This document shows positions 8,263 through 17,940 of a DNA stretch of 64,000 nucleotides, piece by piece; position 1 is the stretch's first letter, and each line of letters begins with the position of its first letter. A model generated the notes under the pieces. That model saw nothing but the letters and a program-made list of their open reading frames with translations, searched no databases and was not told the DNA's origin. The DNA lies in the IMG/VR virus record IMGVR_UViG_3300020166_000010; one strand, 5' to 3'. A program made the translations under genes and the position numbers. The DNA is from a virus.

Positions 8263-8490
8263 ATGACAAACGAAAACACAGGATATCTTCCACAAATCGC
8301 ATTCAATCTAGTAGATGAAAATAGAACTACACTTGAGTATTTTATTAATAAACATATTGAAGAGTTTGGAAAGTTTTCATCCTCTGATCTAATGTGGATC
8401 TTTGATGCTTCTGCTAGTATTAAAAGAACCCGAGCTCAGGAAACTAATGAATGGAATGACAGCCTTAATATTGAATCTTATACACTTTAA
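8263..8490 (+). CDS. hypothetical protein (start revised to 8263)
   Basis: ATG immediately after upstream stop. Confidence 0.7.
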   Translation: MTNENTGYLPQIAFNLVDENRTTLEYFINKHIEEFGKFSSSDLMWIFDASASIKRTRAQETNEWNDSLNIESYTL

Positions 8491-8494
8491 AATT

Positions 8495-8782
8495 ATGAAA
8501 ACAAAAGAATTAATTTGGAAATTAGAATCTACTATCTATTTATTAGATGAGATTGTTTTAAACTATCGATCTGAAGATTGGAATATGTTAAAAGCTCGCA
8601 TTGCTGATCATATTGGAGTCACTAAAGGCTCGGTTAATATGGCTATAGGAAATCTAAAGTGGATTTTATCTGATGGCTCTGAAGGCCTCTCTGCTTATAC
8701 TGTTCGTCAGGAGGAAGCGGTTAGACTTACTTTAGAGAAATATGAATTAAGTAAGCAAAAACTTTTAATGATACTATCTTAA
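8495..8782 (+). CDS. hypothetical protein, possible HTH (start revised to 8495)
   Basis: IADHIGVTKGSVNMAI HTH-like segment. Confidence 0.65.
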   Translation: MKTKELIWKLESTIYLLDEIVLNYRSEDWNMLKARIADHIGVTKGSVNMAIGNLKWILSDGSEGLSAYTVRQEEAVRLTLEKYELSKQKLLMILS

Positions 8783-8791
8783 TTATTAAAC

Positions 8792-9850
8792 ATGAAAATT
8801 AAATTTATTATAATCGCATTTTTTGTAGCAGCTACATGTAATGCACAGAAAACCCTTGTATCTGACATCACAGATGTAGATCTAAGTAATACAGAGCAAT
8901 CAGGATATGTTAATTGGGATTTCACCAATAATACAACCGGATATGCCTGGACCTGGGGAGCACCTGGAATGCTAGTCTATGGAGATGCGCCTGAAATGTG
9001 CTTGGACATAGAAGCTGAAATTAAAAACATATCTCACGTATGGGGAGCTGGTATCTCTATTGGAGTAGATGAATCCTCAACAAACAGTGAACTAAAGTAT
9101 AATGGCATTAATAACTATTATTTATCAGTAGAAGACGATGTTGTTGGATTATTTAGAGGAACCAATAACACACAAGAAGATTTCATGGCTGATACACTAG
9201 CATACGTCGGTGTGACAATTGATCAAACTGAATGGTATAAATTAAGATTAAAAATAGAAGCAGATACGATATATGGATATGTTAACGATGTTCTATACAT
9301 TAACCATAAGGTAGATAGTATACAAAAGAACGGTAAGTTTGCTATAGTATCTTCTAATAGTGAAAATACATATAAGAATATAAAAGCAAGATATCACAAA
9401 GATCCATACTATATTAGTAGTGATACTATTGTAGAATTTGTAAGTGATGTTAATCACCCAGAATGGAATAACTTACCTGTCACTCGATTAGATAGTGTTG
9501 AAACTGTAGTAGAAGCCGATGGATTAGATCATTTCATAAGCCATTATATACAATATAAAGAATCTGAATCAATTAATATAGGAGATGATGATTGTGATTG
9601 CATTTGCCCAGCAGTAACTACCCTATCGATATATCCAAATCCAGTATCTGAATATATTAACGTAAGTATACAACAGCCTGAAGGAACACTCAAGGTTTAT
9701 AGCATGCATGGATCATCTGTTAAATCCTATGATTTAAAATATGGAATTAATAGAATAGATATGACAAGATATCCAATAGGACATTATTTATTCAAAGTAG
9801 AATACGAAGGAAGAAAGGCATTAATAGAAAAGATAATAGTAACTCATTAA
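8792..9850 (+). CDS. secreted protein with T9SS type A C-terminal sorting domain
   Basis: Sec signal (CNA-Q), beta-sandwich core, C-terminal LSIYPNPVSEYINV...KVYSMHG...IDMTRYPIGHYLFKV...KIIV. Confidence 0.85.
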   Translation: MKIKFIIIAFFVAATCNAQKTLVSDITDVDLSNTEQSGYVNWDFTNNTTGYAWTWGAPGMLVYGDAPEMCLDIEAEIKNISHVWGAGISIGVDESSTNSELKYNGINNYYLSVEDDVVGLFRGTNNTQEDFMADTLAYVGVTIDQTEWYKLRLKIEADTIYGYVNDVLYINHKVDSIQKNGKFAIVSSNSENTYKNIKARYHKDPYYISSDTIVEFVSDVNHPEWNNLPVTRLDSVETVVEADGLDHFISHYIQYKESESINIGDDDCDCICPAVTTLSIYPNPVSEYINVSIQQPEGTLKVYSMHGSSVKSYDLKYGINRIDMTRYPIGHYLFKVEYEGRKALIEKIIVTH

Positions 9851-9856
9851 ATATTT

Positions 9857-10450
9857 ATGATAATATACGTTGCACCCCCTCGAGGGATTCAAGAAAAACA
9901 AGATTGCTTTAATTGGCTAACACAATATGGACATGAAGTTGTTTGGTTAGATTTAAGACGTAAAGTCAAAGGCCCTCTACTCTTATGTGGAGGCGCTGAT
10001 ATCGGTAAAGATCAAGAACGCGATGATCGAGAAAAGATTTGGATTAAACAAACCCTTGCTGATGGATATCCTATTATTGGTCTTTGTCGAGGCATGCAAG
10101 TTTTAAACTCTTATTTTGGAGGTGTTGTTGAAGATCTTAGCGATCGTATAGTAGAAGATCATAAAGCTGCTGATTTTTCAGAAAATATTGACCACAGTGG
10201 AAAACCTTCACAATTTCACACAGTAGAAGATTTACATGGTAAATTAATAAACGTTAATTCTCGACACCATCAACATTGTTCAGTAATAGCAGACAATTTC
10301 AAGGCCACTCATCTTTCATATCCTTTATATTCTGTAATAGAAGGTTTTGAAGATATTGATCAAAAGATTTGGGCAGTGCAGTGGCATCCTGAAAAAATGG
10401 AATCCGAAGATAATGAATACCCTTTAAATAAACTAATTAATTTAAAATAA
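9857..10450 (+). CDS. class I glutamine amidotransferase, peptidase C26 (PuuD-like)
   Basis: LLLCGGADI, GLCRGMQVLN, VNSRHHQ, AVQWHPE. Confidence 0.9.
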   Translation: MIIYVAPPRGIQEKQDCFNWLTQYGHEVVWLDLRRKVKGPLLLCGGADIGKDQERDDREKIWIKQTLADGYPIIGLCRGMQVLNSYFGGVVEDLSDRIVEDHKAADFSENIDHSGKPSQFHTVEDLHGKLINVNSRHHQHCSVIADNFKATHLSYPLYSVIEGFEDIDQKIWAVQWHPEKMESEDNEYPLNKLINLK

Positions 10451-10704
10451 TGGACCAAAACATGATACTAAGATCTGGCAAATATCAAGGATATACTGTC
10501 AGAGAAGCTTATCGAAAAGACCCTTCATATATTAGATGGGTTATTGAAAATGTACCGGCAATGCTAAAGAGCCACGGCCCTAGTAAAAAAGCTAAAGTAG
10601 TAGAAGCTCGTAAACCATTTGAATATAAGCAACCACCTGATGTTGAAAAGACTATAGAAAATGGTTGGATTCCACCTGGCAGTGTAGAAGATGCATTTTT
10701 TTGA
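10450..10704 (+). CDS. small protein with GKY-x-G motif (DUF3820/ExoX C-terminal-like)
   Basis: LRSGKYQGYTVREAYRKDPSYIRWV. Confidence 0.6.
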   Translation: MDQNMILRSGKYQGYTVREAYRKDPSYIRWVIENVPAMLKSHGPSKKAKVVEARKPFEYKQPPDVEKTIENGWIPPGSVEDAFF

Positions 10705-10720
10705 AAATAAATGAATTTTT

Positions 10721-10788
10721 GTGAAAATAAATGCATAAAAGTTTTTTTATCCCAATAAAAAGTGTTATATTTAATTATAATTAAAAAA
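10721..10788 (+). promoter_or_regulatory. early promoter core (no palindrome)
   Basis: AAAATAAATGCATAAAAGTTTTTTTAT...GTGTTATATTTAATTATAAT. Confidence 0.75.
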
Positions 10789-10797
10789 GCAATAGAC

Positions 10798-11130
10798 ATG
10801 AACAAATTAGAAACATTAGGATTAGTTGAAATAACTTCAAAAACTCAAAAGAAAAACGGTACAAGATGCTTTTACGATCCAATCGCTGATTGCGATTATC
10901 TAAGTTATGAAAGTGGATATGTTCGTAGAGCTTATACTAAAGCTACTCACTACTCTTCTAGACTACACCGAACAATTTATCAATTAAACCTCAAGGGTCG
11001 TGGTTACTACAAAAGCCAATACAGCGATAAAATCTACGAAACAACCGTTCGTTTAATGATTCCAAGTGAACAAGCTAGACTTGATCGACTTGCTAAGTGT
11101 GTTGTTATTTATAGAAAAAATAAACTTTAA
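10798..11130 (+). CDS. early hypothetical protein (start revised to 10798)
   Basis: ATG after promoter; YLSYESGYVRR motif. Confidence 0.75.
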   Translation: MNKLETLGLVEITSKTQKKNGTRCFYDPIADCDYLSYESGYVRRAYTKATHYSSRLHRTIYQLNLKGRGYYKSQYSDKIYETTVRLMIPSEQARLDRLAKCVVIYRKNKL

Positions 11131-11131
11131 T

Positions 11132-11218
11132 ATGATACTTGAATGGATTATAGTAGGCTCTATTCTAATAGCATGGAATGCCTTTCTAATTATTAAAATG
11201 CGTAAAGAAGATAAATAG
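11132..11218 (+). CDS. 28-aa single-TM peptide
   Basis: MILEWIIVGSILIAWNAFLIIKMRKEDK fills intergenic gap. Confidence 0.5.
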   Translation: MILEWIIVGSILIAWNAFLIIKMRKEDK

Positions 11219-11225
11219 ATTAACA

Positions 11226-12755
11226 ATGAATTTTATAGAAGAGATCATCGAGAGTGGAGACACATCTAATTTAATGTTTAGATTTCCTCCAGAACCTAAT
11301 GGACACCTACACTTAGGACATGCCAAAGCAATTTGTCTTAATTTTGATTTAGCACACAAATATAAAACAGGGTGCAATCTTAGATTTGACGATACTAATC
11401 CATTGGCAGAGTCTACTGTATTTGCAGATTCTATCATGGAAGATGTTGCTTGGCTTGGATATAGACCTACCGAAGTCGAAGAAACTAGTAACTATTTTAA
11501 ATTTATACAAAGATGTGCTAGTCAATTGATTATACAAGGTGATGCATACATGGATGATTCAACATCCGAAGAGATTGCTGAATTAAAAGGAGATCTTGAA
11601 AATCCAGGATCCGATTCGCCATATCGCAATAGAACGATTGCAGAAAATTTAGAAGAATTTAGAAAGCTATGTGAAGGCAGTATCAAAACTGTTTTGAGAG
11701 CTAAAATCGACATGGCAGATCCTAATCTATTAATGAGAGATCCTGTTATCTATAGATCTATTGATGCCCCTCACCATAACACAGGCACGGACTTTAAAGC
11801 GTATCCTATGTATGATTTTGCACATCCTATTTCAGATTGGAAAGAAGACATCACACATTCATTATGTACTTTAGAATTTGAAGCGCATCGACCTTTTTAT
11901 AATTGGACTCTTGATAAATTATTCGATACTAGTGTCTTTGGTCCTAATCCTCGTCAAATTGAATTCTCAAGATTAAATGTACAAGGGTTTACTTTAAGTA
12001 AAAGATATTTAAAAGAACTTGTAGAAGAAGGAGTTGTTGATGGATGGGACGATCCTCGCATGCCAACATTGAAAGGATTAAAGCGTCGTGGATTTACTCC
12101 AGATGCTATTAGAAACTTTTGTGAAAAGGTTGGAATCTCTAAAAGAGAATCTCAAATTGAGAGATCTTTATTAGATGGATGTTTACGTGATGATTTAAAT
12201 AAGATTTCAGAACGCAGAATGGTAGTCAAAGATCCAATTAAACTAACAATTGTTGGTGATTTTAAACCAGGATTTGCTGCTCTTGAAAATAATCCAGAAT
12301 CATCTATAATATCAGCTCGTAAAGTAAATTACTCTGAACAATTCTGGATTGAACGAGAAGACTTTAGAGTAAGTGCCAATAAGAAATATAAAAGACTAAA
12401 ACTCGGAGATAATGTTAGACTAAAGGGTGTTTGTATTGTAAAGGCGGTTGATTACACTGAAATAGATGGTATAATCACTGAAGTGTTTTGTGAACATTAT
12501 CCTGATAGTTTTTCAGGAATGAAAACAGATGTAAAAGCGAAAGGAACAATACATTGGGTAAATAGAGATGAAGCAGTTGAAATTAAATTAAACCACTTTG
12601 ATGGATTAGATAAAGGAACAATTTCAGCGTTTGGAGAACCTTTATTGAGGCTAGAATACGAAAAACCAGTACAATTCGTTCGACATGGCTACTATATGAA
12701 AGATGGGGACAGTTGGAACCATTCAGTATCTTTAAAAAGTAGTTATAATGGGTGA
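11226..12755 (+). CDS. glnS: glutamine--tRNA ligase
   Basis: RFPPEPNGHLHLGHAKAI, CNLRFDDTNP, YPMYDFAH, ITHSLCTLEF, LSKR, GWDDPRMPT. Confidence 0.95.
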   Translation: MNFIEEIIESGDTSNLMFRFPPEPNGHLHLGHAKAICLNFDLAHKYKTGCNLRFDDTNPLAESTVFADSIMEDVAWLGYRPTEVEETSNYFKFIQRCASQLIIQGDAYMDDSTSEEIAELKGDLENPGSDSPYRNRTIAENLEEFRKLCEGSIKTVLRAKIDMADPNLLMRDPVIYRSIDAPHHNTGTDFKAYPMYDFAHPISDWKEDITHSLCTLEFEAHRPFYNWTLDKLFDTSVFGPNPRQIEFSRLNVQGFTLSKRYLKELVEEGVVDGWDDPRMPTLKGLKRRGFTPDAIRNFCEKVGISKRESQIERSLLDGCLRDDLNKISERRMVVKDPIKLTIVGDFKPGFAALENNPESSIISARKVNYSEQFWIEREDFRVSANKKYKRLKLGDNVRLKGVCIVKAVDYTEIDGIITEVFCEHYPDSFSGMKTDVKAKGTIHWVNRDEAVEIKLNHFDGLDKGTISAFGEPLLRLEYEKPVQFVRHGYYMKDGDSWNHSVSLKSSYNG

Positions 12756-12761
12756 TCCTTT

Positions 12762-12770
12762 AGATATATA
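12762..12770 (+). promoter_or_regulatory. class III motif AGATATATA
   Basis: Precedes 27-aa TM ORF. Confidence 0.5.
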
Positions 12771-12790
12771 AAGAAAACAGACAAAAAGCC

Positions 12791-12874
12791 ATGATAATAT
12801 TTTGCATTGTATTCTTAGCCGTTAGCTTCGTAATTGGAGTTAACATGCTATTAGAATCTAGAAATCGTAAGTAA
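12791..12874 (+). CDS. 27-aa single-TM peptide
   Basis: MIIFCIVFLAVSFVIGVNMLLESRNRK with own promoter motif and A-rich leader. Confidence 0.5.
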   Translation: MIIFCIVFLAVSFVIGVNMLLESRNRK

Positions 12875-12955
12875 TTGTTAATAACTTTTTTAAAATAAGT
12901 GAGTCAGGATTTTCCTGGTTCACTTTTTTTGGTTATATTTATACTATAATTAAAA
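12873..12955 (+). repeat. 83-bp early promoter cassette with stem-loop, identical copy at 59549-59631 (inverted)
   Basis: Base-by-base identity; internal AAGTGA..CAGGA-TTT-TCCTG..TCACTT. Confidence 0.9.
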
Positions 12956-12965
12956 GATAATTAAC

Positions 12966-13397
12966 ATGGCAATACCTAAAATTTACAAGTACGGAATCGA
13001 AATCACAAAGCCCTGGTCTTCTGAGATGTACGATTTTAACGAAAACATCAAAGAATACTATCAAGATCAAATCAAAGATCTGATAAACTCCCTCAAAACA
13101 ACAGAAGATTGTAATTTTATCGCTGGAATAGTAAATCCATACAGATATGGAATAGGAACTTCCGATGATATTGAGTACATGAAGTCAGATATGATTAAGA
13201 ACATTGAGAATGCTGAAAGCCACTGGATGAAAGAGGTTATTGAAGAACTTTTGATCTTACAGAGAATTTACCCTATGATTTGTGAAGCTACTCCAGAAAT
13301 GCCAGCAATTTCTCTATATGATTTAGGAATTCCAATGAACATTATTGGGTTTGAAACTCGCGATGAGATCTTACTTTTGCGCGAAAGATATTCTTAA
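12966..13397 (+). CDS. early hypothetical protein
   Basis: 143-aa ORF after cassette. Confidence 0.8.
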   Translation: MAIPKIYKYGIEITKPWSSEMYDFNENIKEYYQDQIKDLINSLKTTEDCNFIAGIVNPYRYGIGTSDDIEYMKSDMIKNIENAESHWMKEVIEELLILQRIYPMICEATPEMPAISLYDLGIPMNIIGFETRDEILLLRERYS

Positions 13398-13410
13398 AGC
13401 ATTAATTCTT

Positions 13411-13507
13411 ATTTATAATCATTATAAATAGGACCTCAACCCAAAATAAATGCACAAAAGTTTTTTTATATCAATAAAAAGTGTTATATTTAACTATAAT
13501 TAAAAAA
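13411..13507 (+). promoter_or_regulatory. early promoter cassette with palindrome 13411-13429
   Basis: Near-identical to 3424-3517 (-). Confidence 0.8.
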
Positions 13508-13515
13508 CAAACAAT

Positions 13516-13896
13516 ATGTCAATCAACACAGTTTTAGTTCACACACAGTACGAAGAGAATTACGGGTTTCATGAAGGTAACTTCCATTGGAAGCCTAAAG
13601 GCAGTCACACATTTCAGATCGAGATGGATGCAGATCATATGTTTTATTCTGACCCTGCTAAAGTTTTCAGCAAGATGTTAGAGAAGCACAATTCAGATCT
13701 TGAAAGATTCACGTATGTCGATCATGATATTCAGTTTCATTCACCTACTATTCTTGGTAATCAAGATGATTATATTAAGGCTAATCAATCAATAACGGAT
13801 CAAGAAGATATTCAAGATTTTGAAGAAGTTAATCACGTTATTGCTGGTGTCGATTTCTCAGATAGTATTAATCAATTAAATAACCTTAAACTATAA
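13516..13896 (+). CDS. early hypothetical protein
   Basis: HTQYEENYG...HWKPKG motif; follows cassette. Confidence 0.8.
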   Translation: MSINTVLVHTQYEENYGFHEGNFHWKPKGSHTFQIEMDADHMFYSDPAKVFSKMLEKHNSDLERFTYVDHDIQFHSPTILGNQDDYIKANQSITDQEDIQDFEEVNHVIAGVDFSDSINQLNNLKL

Positions 13897-14001
13897 ATTT
13901 ATGAAAACTCCTAAACAATTAAGAGACAGTTATCGAATGGTCGGATTCAGTATGGTCGGACTTGTAATTATTTTAATATCCCTAATAATTTTTGAAAATA
14001 T

Positions 14002-14226
14002 ATGTCAGTAGAAACTTTATATGCAATACCAAGTGTTAATTGCTTTATTAACGATGATTTGATTGTATATCCAATGAATGATCGAAGTGAACCAGATTTA
14101 AGCCAATGGAATGAGCTTGAAAATCTAACATCAGAATTCGTTAATAAATTAAACACAGAAGACGATTCCCTTATCTCAGAACTAATATACTGGAAAGTTA
14201 GATTTTCAGAAAATATAAACAACTAA
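14002..14226 (+). CDS. hypothetical protein
   Basis: ORF in operon. Confidence 0.65.
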   Translation: MSVETLYAIPSVNCFINDDLIVYPMNDRSEPDLSQWNELENLTSEFVNKLNTEDDSLISELIYWKVRFSENINN

Positions 14227-14236
14227 AAAATAAAAA

Positions 14237-14458
14237 ATGAAAGTACCTAATTTTGAAATAGCATTATCTGAAACAGCAACTCTCGTAGAAATCGCTGGTT
14301 ATATTTTCGATAATTATAATAATGATCCACAATTTATTGCAGCACTCCGCGATGATAGCCAACCATGGCCAGATGGAGTACAAGAAGTCCTAGATGCTCA
14401 CGATGTTTTAGTAGAAGAATTAATTGATTCGCTAGAACTATACATCCAAACGTGCTAG
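14237..14458 (+). CDS. acidic hypothetical protein
   Basis: ORF in operon; last + strand gene. Confidence 0.65.
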   Translation: MKVPNFEIALSETATLVEIAGYIFDNYNNDPQFIAALRDDSQPWPDGVQEVLDAHDVLVEELIDSLELYIQTC

Positions 14459-14459
14459 A

Positions 14460-14894
14460 TTAATTACAAATTAATTTTACTCTATTCTCCGCGTCAATTT
14501 CCCACAATCTGGATTTATATGACGTGGAGAAGGGGTATTTGGTACCTTTCCAAATAAAATATCCTTTCTCTGTCTTTAGATCTCCACTATAAATTTGATA
14601 AACGTGCACTAATTCGTGCATTAAGGTTTTTTCTAATTGGTTGTCATCCCACATTGGGTTTAGATCAACTATAAACCAACCACTCGAAAGCTCTCGGGTG
14701 AGTCCTACAATCCTAGGATAAAGAGGTGCGTATTTTATTATAACTACAGGTTGTGTGAAGAGAGGGCCCTTAAACATCTCACTACAAATCTGTGAAGTGG
14801 CGCTTGTAATGTGTTTTTCTAGTCCTGCATCTGGTTTTAAAATTTGTCCGCTAACTTGTAATGAAAAAAGAATTGCGATAATAAATCTCCACAT
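14460..14894 (-). CDS. exported HExxH metallopeptidase-like protein
   Basis: Signal peptide; TLMHELVHVYQ; WEIDA. Confidence 0.75.
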   Translation of the reverse strand: MWRFIIAILFSLQVSGQILKPDAGLEKHITSATSQICSEMFKGPLFTQPVVIIKYAPLYPRIVGLTRELSSGWFIVDLNPMWDDNQLEKTLMHELVHVYQIYSGDLKTEKGYFIWKGTKYPFSTSYKSRLWEIDAENRVKLICN

Positions 14895-14896
14895 GT

Positions 14897-15352
14897 TTAT
14901 TTGTATATTTTTAATTTTTTTATCGAATATAATATACTATGTGTTACGAAAAAGCCGACTGCAACTGTTTCAAACCAAAACAACGTGATCAATGGTATTA
15001 GAAAGGCAGCACTGACAACGGGGATCGCTAAATAATTAAAACGCTTGTCCTTAAATATGGTATATGTTGTGTATAAGAAAAATAAGGCCGCAAATGTATT
15101 GTGAGTCCATTCGTAATCAAATGTATTAAACAAAGCAACACCAAATAAGAGAATACCTGAGATGATATTATCACTTATAATGTAACTTATGCCTATTAAT
15201 AATAAACTAATCAATAAAATATAAGTTGCTTCTGATTCATGGTATACGCTGTATGAATACTTTATAGTTCCAGTTTTAAGATATAAAGCAAGAGGTAAGA
15301 ATAACGCTGCAGCGGAACAAATTAAGTTAATAAATATACCTAGTCTTTTCAA
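14897..15352 (-). CDS. multi-TM membrane protein
   Basis: Five to six hydrophobic segments; HNTFAALFF. Confidence 0.75.
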   Translation of the reverse strand: MKRLGIFINLICSAAALFLPLALYLKTGTIKYSYSVYHESEATYILLISLLLIGISYIISDNIISGILLFGVALFNTFDYEWTHNTFAALFFLYTTYTIFKDKRFNYLAIPVVSAAFLIPLITLFWFETVAVGFFVTHSILYSIKKLKIYK

Positions 15353-15382
15353 TTTGATAATGTCTTTAGATATCTATCAAAA

Positions 15383-16216
15383 TTATATGTCTAGTTTTTC
15401 AGAATTACTTAATAAATTTTCAATCTCTTGATAAGTTTTATCAAAAGTATCAGTGTTTATGTAGTGGGCTCCTTTATTATTGTCTATATTATATTGACTA
15501 TTTCTTTTGCCATACATAGAGTGTCTCTCTGTCACATACTCACTCCCAATAAACTTGTAGTGTAATAGTTTTAATGGTTCTTTTTTAAAGATGTGTAGTA
15601 AGTCATGCATGATTTTCCACTTTCCCCATCTATGTCCTTTATATTCTCCTTCAGGCCTTACGCTCTCTGGGACGACATGATAAATATCACCATCATATTG
15701 ACAGTTCAAATATACTTCATGTTGGCCTCCAGCCCATTCAAATTCTTCTAATAAATTTGGATTAATTAATATCGGCTTAGAATACCAAGGGTTAGGTACT
15801 CCGGTTTTAATTGAATCATATATTTGTAGATCTTTATTTGGAAACTCGTGACTAGCCATATCAAATCCTGCTGGATAAAATACTGCGGTTTTTCCTAAAT
15901 GATCTTCTAAAAATTGTGTAAGATTTGGATGGTAAATAAATTCATCACAATCGCCGATAATTACGTAATCACATTTACCAACGCAATGCGCAATTGCACC
16001 ATGTTTAAGACTCATATGTTCCCCGTCATCAAAGGTTCCACCCGTGTTGAATGATATAATTTCAGTATTAGGATATGAGTTTATTATCTCCCTAGATCGG
16101 TCATCTGATTCGTTATCAAAGAATATCATCTTGTCACAGAATTGAGAATAGTGCCTTAAATAAAATTCTAGCATTTTCTCTTCGTTCCATACTGTCGCGT
16201 AGCTCCAGATTTTCAT
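15383..16216 (-). CDS. glycosyltransferase family 2-like
   Basis: WNEEKML, FFDNESDDRS, IIGDCDEF DxD motif, LLHYKF. Confidence 0.85.
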   Translation of the reverse strand: MKIWSYATVWNEEKMLEFYLRHYSQFCDKMIFFDNESDDRSREIINSYPNTEIISFNTGGTFDDGEHMSLKHGAIAHCVGKCDYVIIGDCDEFIYHPNLTQFLEDHLGKTAVFYPAGFDMASHEFPNKDLQIYDSIKTGVPNPWYSKPILINPNLLEEFEWAGGQHEVYLNCQYDGDIYHVVPESVRPEGEYKGHRWGKWKIMHDLLHIFKKEPLKLLHYKFIGSEYVTERHSMYGKRNSQYNIDNNKGAHYINTDTFDKTYQEIENLLSNSEKLDI

Positions 16217-16219
16217 AAA

Positions 16220-16390
16220 TTAAGTTTTTCTTAATAAGACTTCTATCATCTCATTATTAGATTGATATACTGCAAGATCTCTTATTCCTAAGGTTTCACC
16301 TTTTTTAATTCTATTTACAATATCTTTAATGACTGCATATGAAACTTCACCAGTGTCGACATACTTTTTCCAATCTTTATCTGACATCAT
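16220..16390 (-). CDS. hypothetical protein (56 aa)
   Basis: Manual translation MMSDKDWKKYVDTGEVS...; fills gap exactly. Confidence 0.6.
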   Translation of the reverse strand: MMSDKDWKKYVDTGEVSYAVIKDIVNRIKKGETLGIRDLAVYQSNNEMIEVLLRKT

Positions 16391-16395
16391 GCTTA

Positions 16396-17937
16396 TTATT
16401 TAGAAGAGGCCGCTATCCCAAGATTAGCATTAAATGGATTAGGTATAGATCCCTTTTGTTCAAATTCAAAGTTTGCTGATTTAAACGGAACAGCTTTAAA
16501 ACTAAACTTACCCCTTTTAACATCAACTTGTAGATATATTTGTTTAACGTCTGTCGCCATTTGTGAGAATTTAGTTAATTGTTCTCCATAAATTTCGTTT
16601 AACACATCTTTAATTTCAACTTGAAGACAGTAGAATATAATACCTATTTTGTTCTTTCCCATTTTTAGGTAACCATCAACATAAGTATCAAGGTTTTTGT
16701 ATACCTTAGATCCGATTCCTGATTTTGTCCATGTCTCTTTTATAAATTCTTTAAATTTAATAGGATCTTCCTCGTACAAATTATCTAGATATGTAACTAG
16801 GGCATCTTGATTCATTTGCCCCGGTCCTAAACCAGTCTCTTTAGATATATGCCAATACGCTGAATTATCTCGGTCACTTATATTAACCGAACATAAATTC
16901 ATTATATTATTATAAGTATTTGATCTAGATAACTTAGGTGGATTAATCCATTGATCTACTACGTTGTTAAAGAAATCATTTTCTTTTGTTCCAACTGGAT
17001 TAATTATATTGTTCGTATGTAGTTCGTGTATTTTATCGATCATTGTCTGACCACTAGGTGTACCTCCTTTTTTACCAGCTTTCGATGATATACTGTACCC
17101 ATCAAAATAGAAATCTACCAGCTTTTCGTTAGAGTTTTGTGGATATGATACACCGTTTTTAAATTGCTTTAATATTTTAAACAATAAGAATCCTCCAAGA
17201 ATTTCACCATAGTCATTTTGGAAATTATTGATAGATAGCTGATCAATTCCATCAAATAATTCTTCAGATATTTTAAAGTCAATATTCGTAGAGGCGGAAG
17301 ATGTATATGCTTCAAGATTATCAAAAATACCAATATTATCTCCACTTTTAACTATTTCTTCTGTAGATTTTAAGATAAAATTAGTATAGTTTTCCGGTAA
17401 ATTAAGTGCTTTTATTTTTGTAGAAACTATCGATAATAAATGTTCGGGTGACTCATATACTTCCTTTGTAATTTTTAGCTTATCTGGTGTCAAATCTTTT
17501 TTACCTATAACAGAAGCCTCTCCTGTTTTCTTAGATATTTTAAATCTATTTGTAATTACAAAAAAGTCATTCTTCTTATATTCTTTACCTAATCTATCTG
17601 TTACTCTTTTTTTAATAATTATTTTATACGCACTATAGTCCGATGAAATTATACCAACTGGCAAATATTCAATATCGTATGAATTCGGTTTAAGATCTCC
17701 TACTTTATCAAGAAATTCTATAATCTTAGATTCCGCAGCACCGTCATTAGATCCAAAATTACCTCTAAGTACTTCACCAGTATTTCCCTTTCTAGAAGAT
17801 GCTTTAGCGAAATCATTAGATTTCATAAATGTTTTAAATCCTTCTAACCAGAATTCTTCTATTTTTCCTTTACCAGGTTGTTTAGCCTCATTTACTGCCA
17901 TTTCAAACCTTGTTCTAATATCTCCGTATGTTCCCAT
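16396..17937 (-). CDS. hypothetical protein with restriction-endonuclease-like motif
   Basis: NDYGEILG...YPQNSNEKLVDF...ISSKAGKKGG resembles a PD-(D/E)xK core. Confidence 0.6.
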   Translation of the reverse strand: MGTYGDIRTRFEMAVNEAKQPGKGKIEEFWLEGFKTFMKSNDFAKASSRKGNTGEVLRGNFGSNDGAAESKIIEFLDKVGDLKPNSYDIEYLPVGIISSDYSAYKIIIKKRVTDRLGKEYKKNDFFVITNRFKISKKTGEASVIGKKDLTPDKLKITKEVYESPEHLLSIVSTKIKALNLPENYTNFILKSTEEIVKSGDNIGIFDNLEAYTSSASTNIDFKISEELFDGIDQLSINNFQNDYGEILGGFLLFKILKQFKNGVSYPQNSNEKLVDFYFDGYSISSKAGKKGGTPSGQTMIDKIHELHTNNIINPVGTKENDFFNNVVDQWINPPKLSRSNTYNNIMNLCSVNISDRDNSAYWHISKETGLGPGQMNQDALVTYLDNLYEEDPIKFKEFIKETWTKSGIGSKVYKNLDTYVDGYLKMGKNKIGIIFYCLQVEIKDVLNEIYGEQLTKFSQMATDVKQIYLQVDVKRGKFSFKAVPFKSANFEFEQKGSIPNPFNANLGIAASSK

Positions 17938-17940
17938 AAT

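Noticed and set aside
4021-10797. Apparent shared N-terminal peptide MLYL(T/I)IIK on ORFs 4021, 5570 and 10762
   Set aside because: Translation of the promoter GTGTTATATTTAA.TATAAT; true starts are 4057, 5606 and 10798
12951-13415. Possible leader/trailer complementarity for gene 12966-13397
   Set aside because: Only gapped A/T matches; indistinguishable from chance
3499-13507. Repeated ~90-bp elements as a CRISPR array or integron attC sites
   Set aside because: Intervals are whole genes, repeats contain promoter cores and point into ORFs; no cas or integrase gene seen
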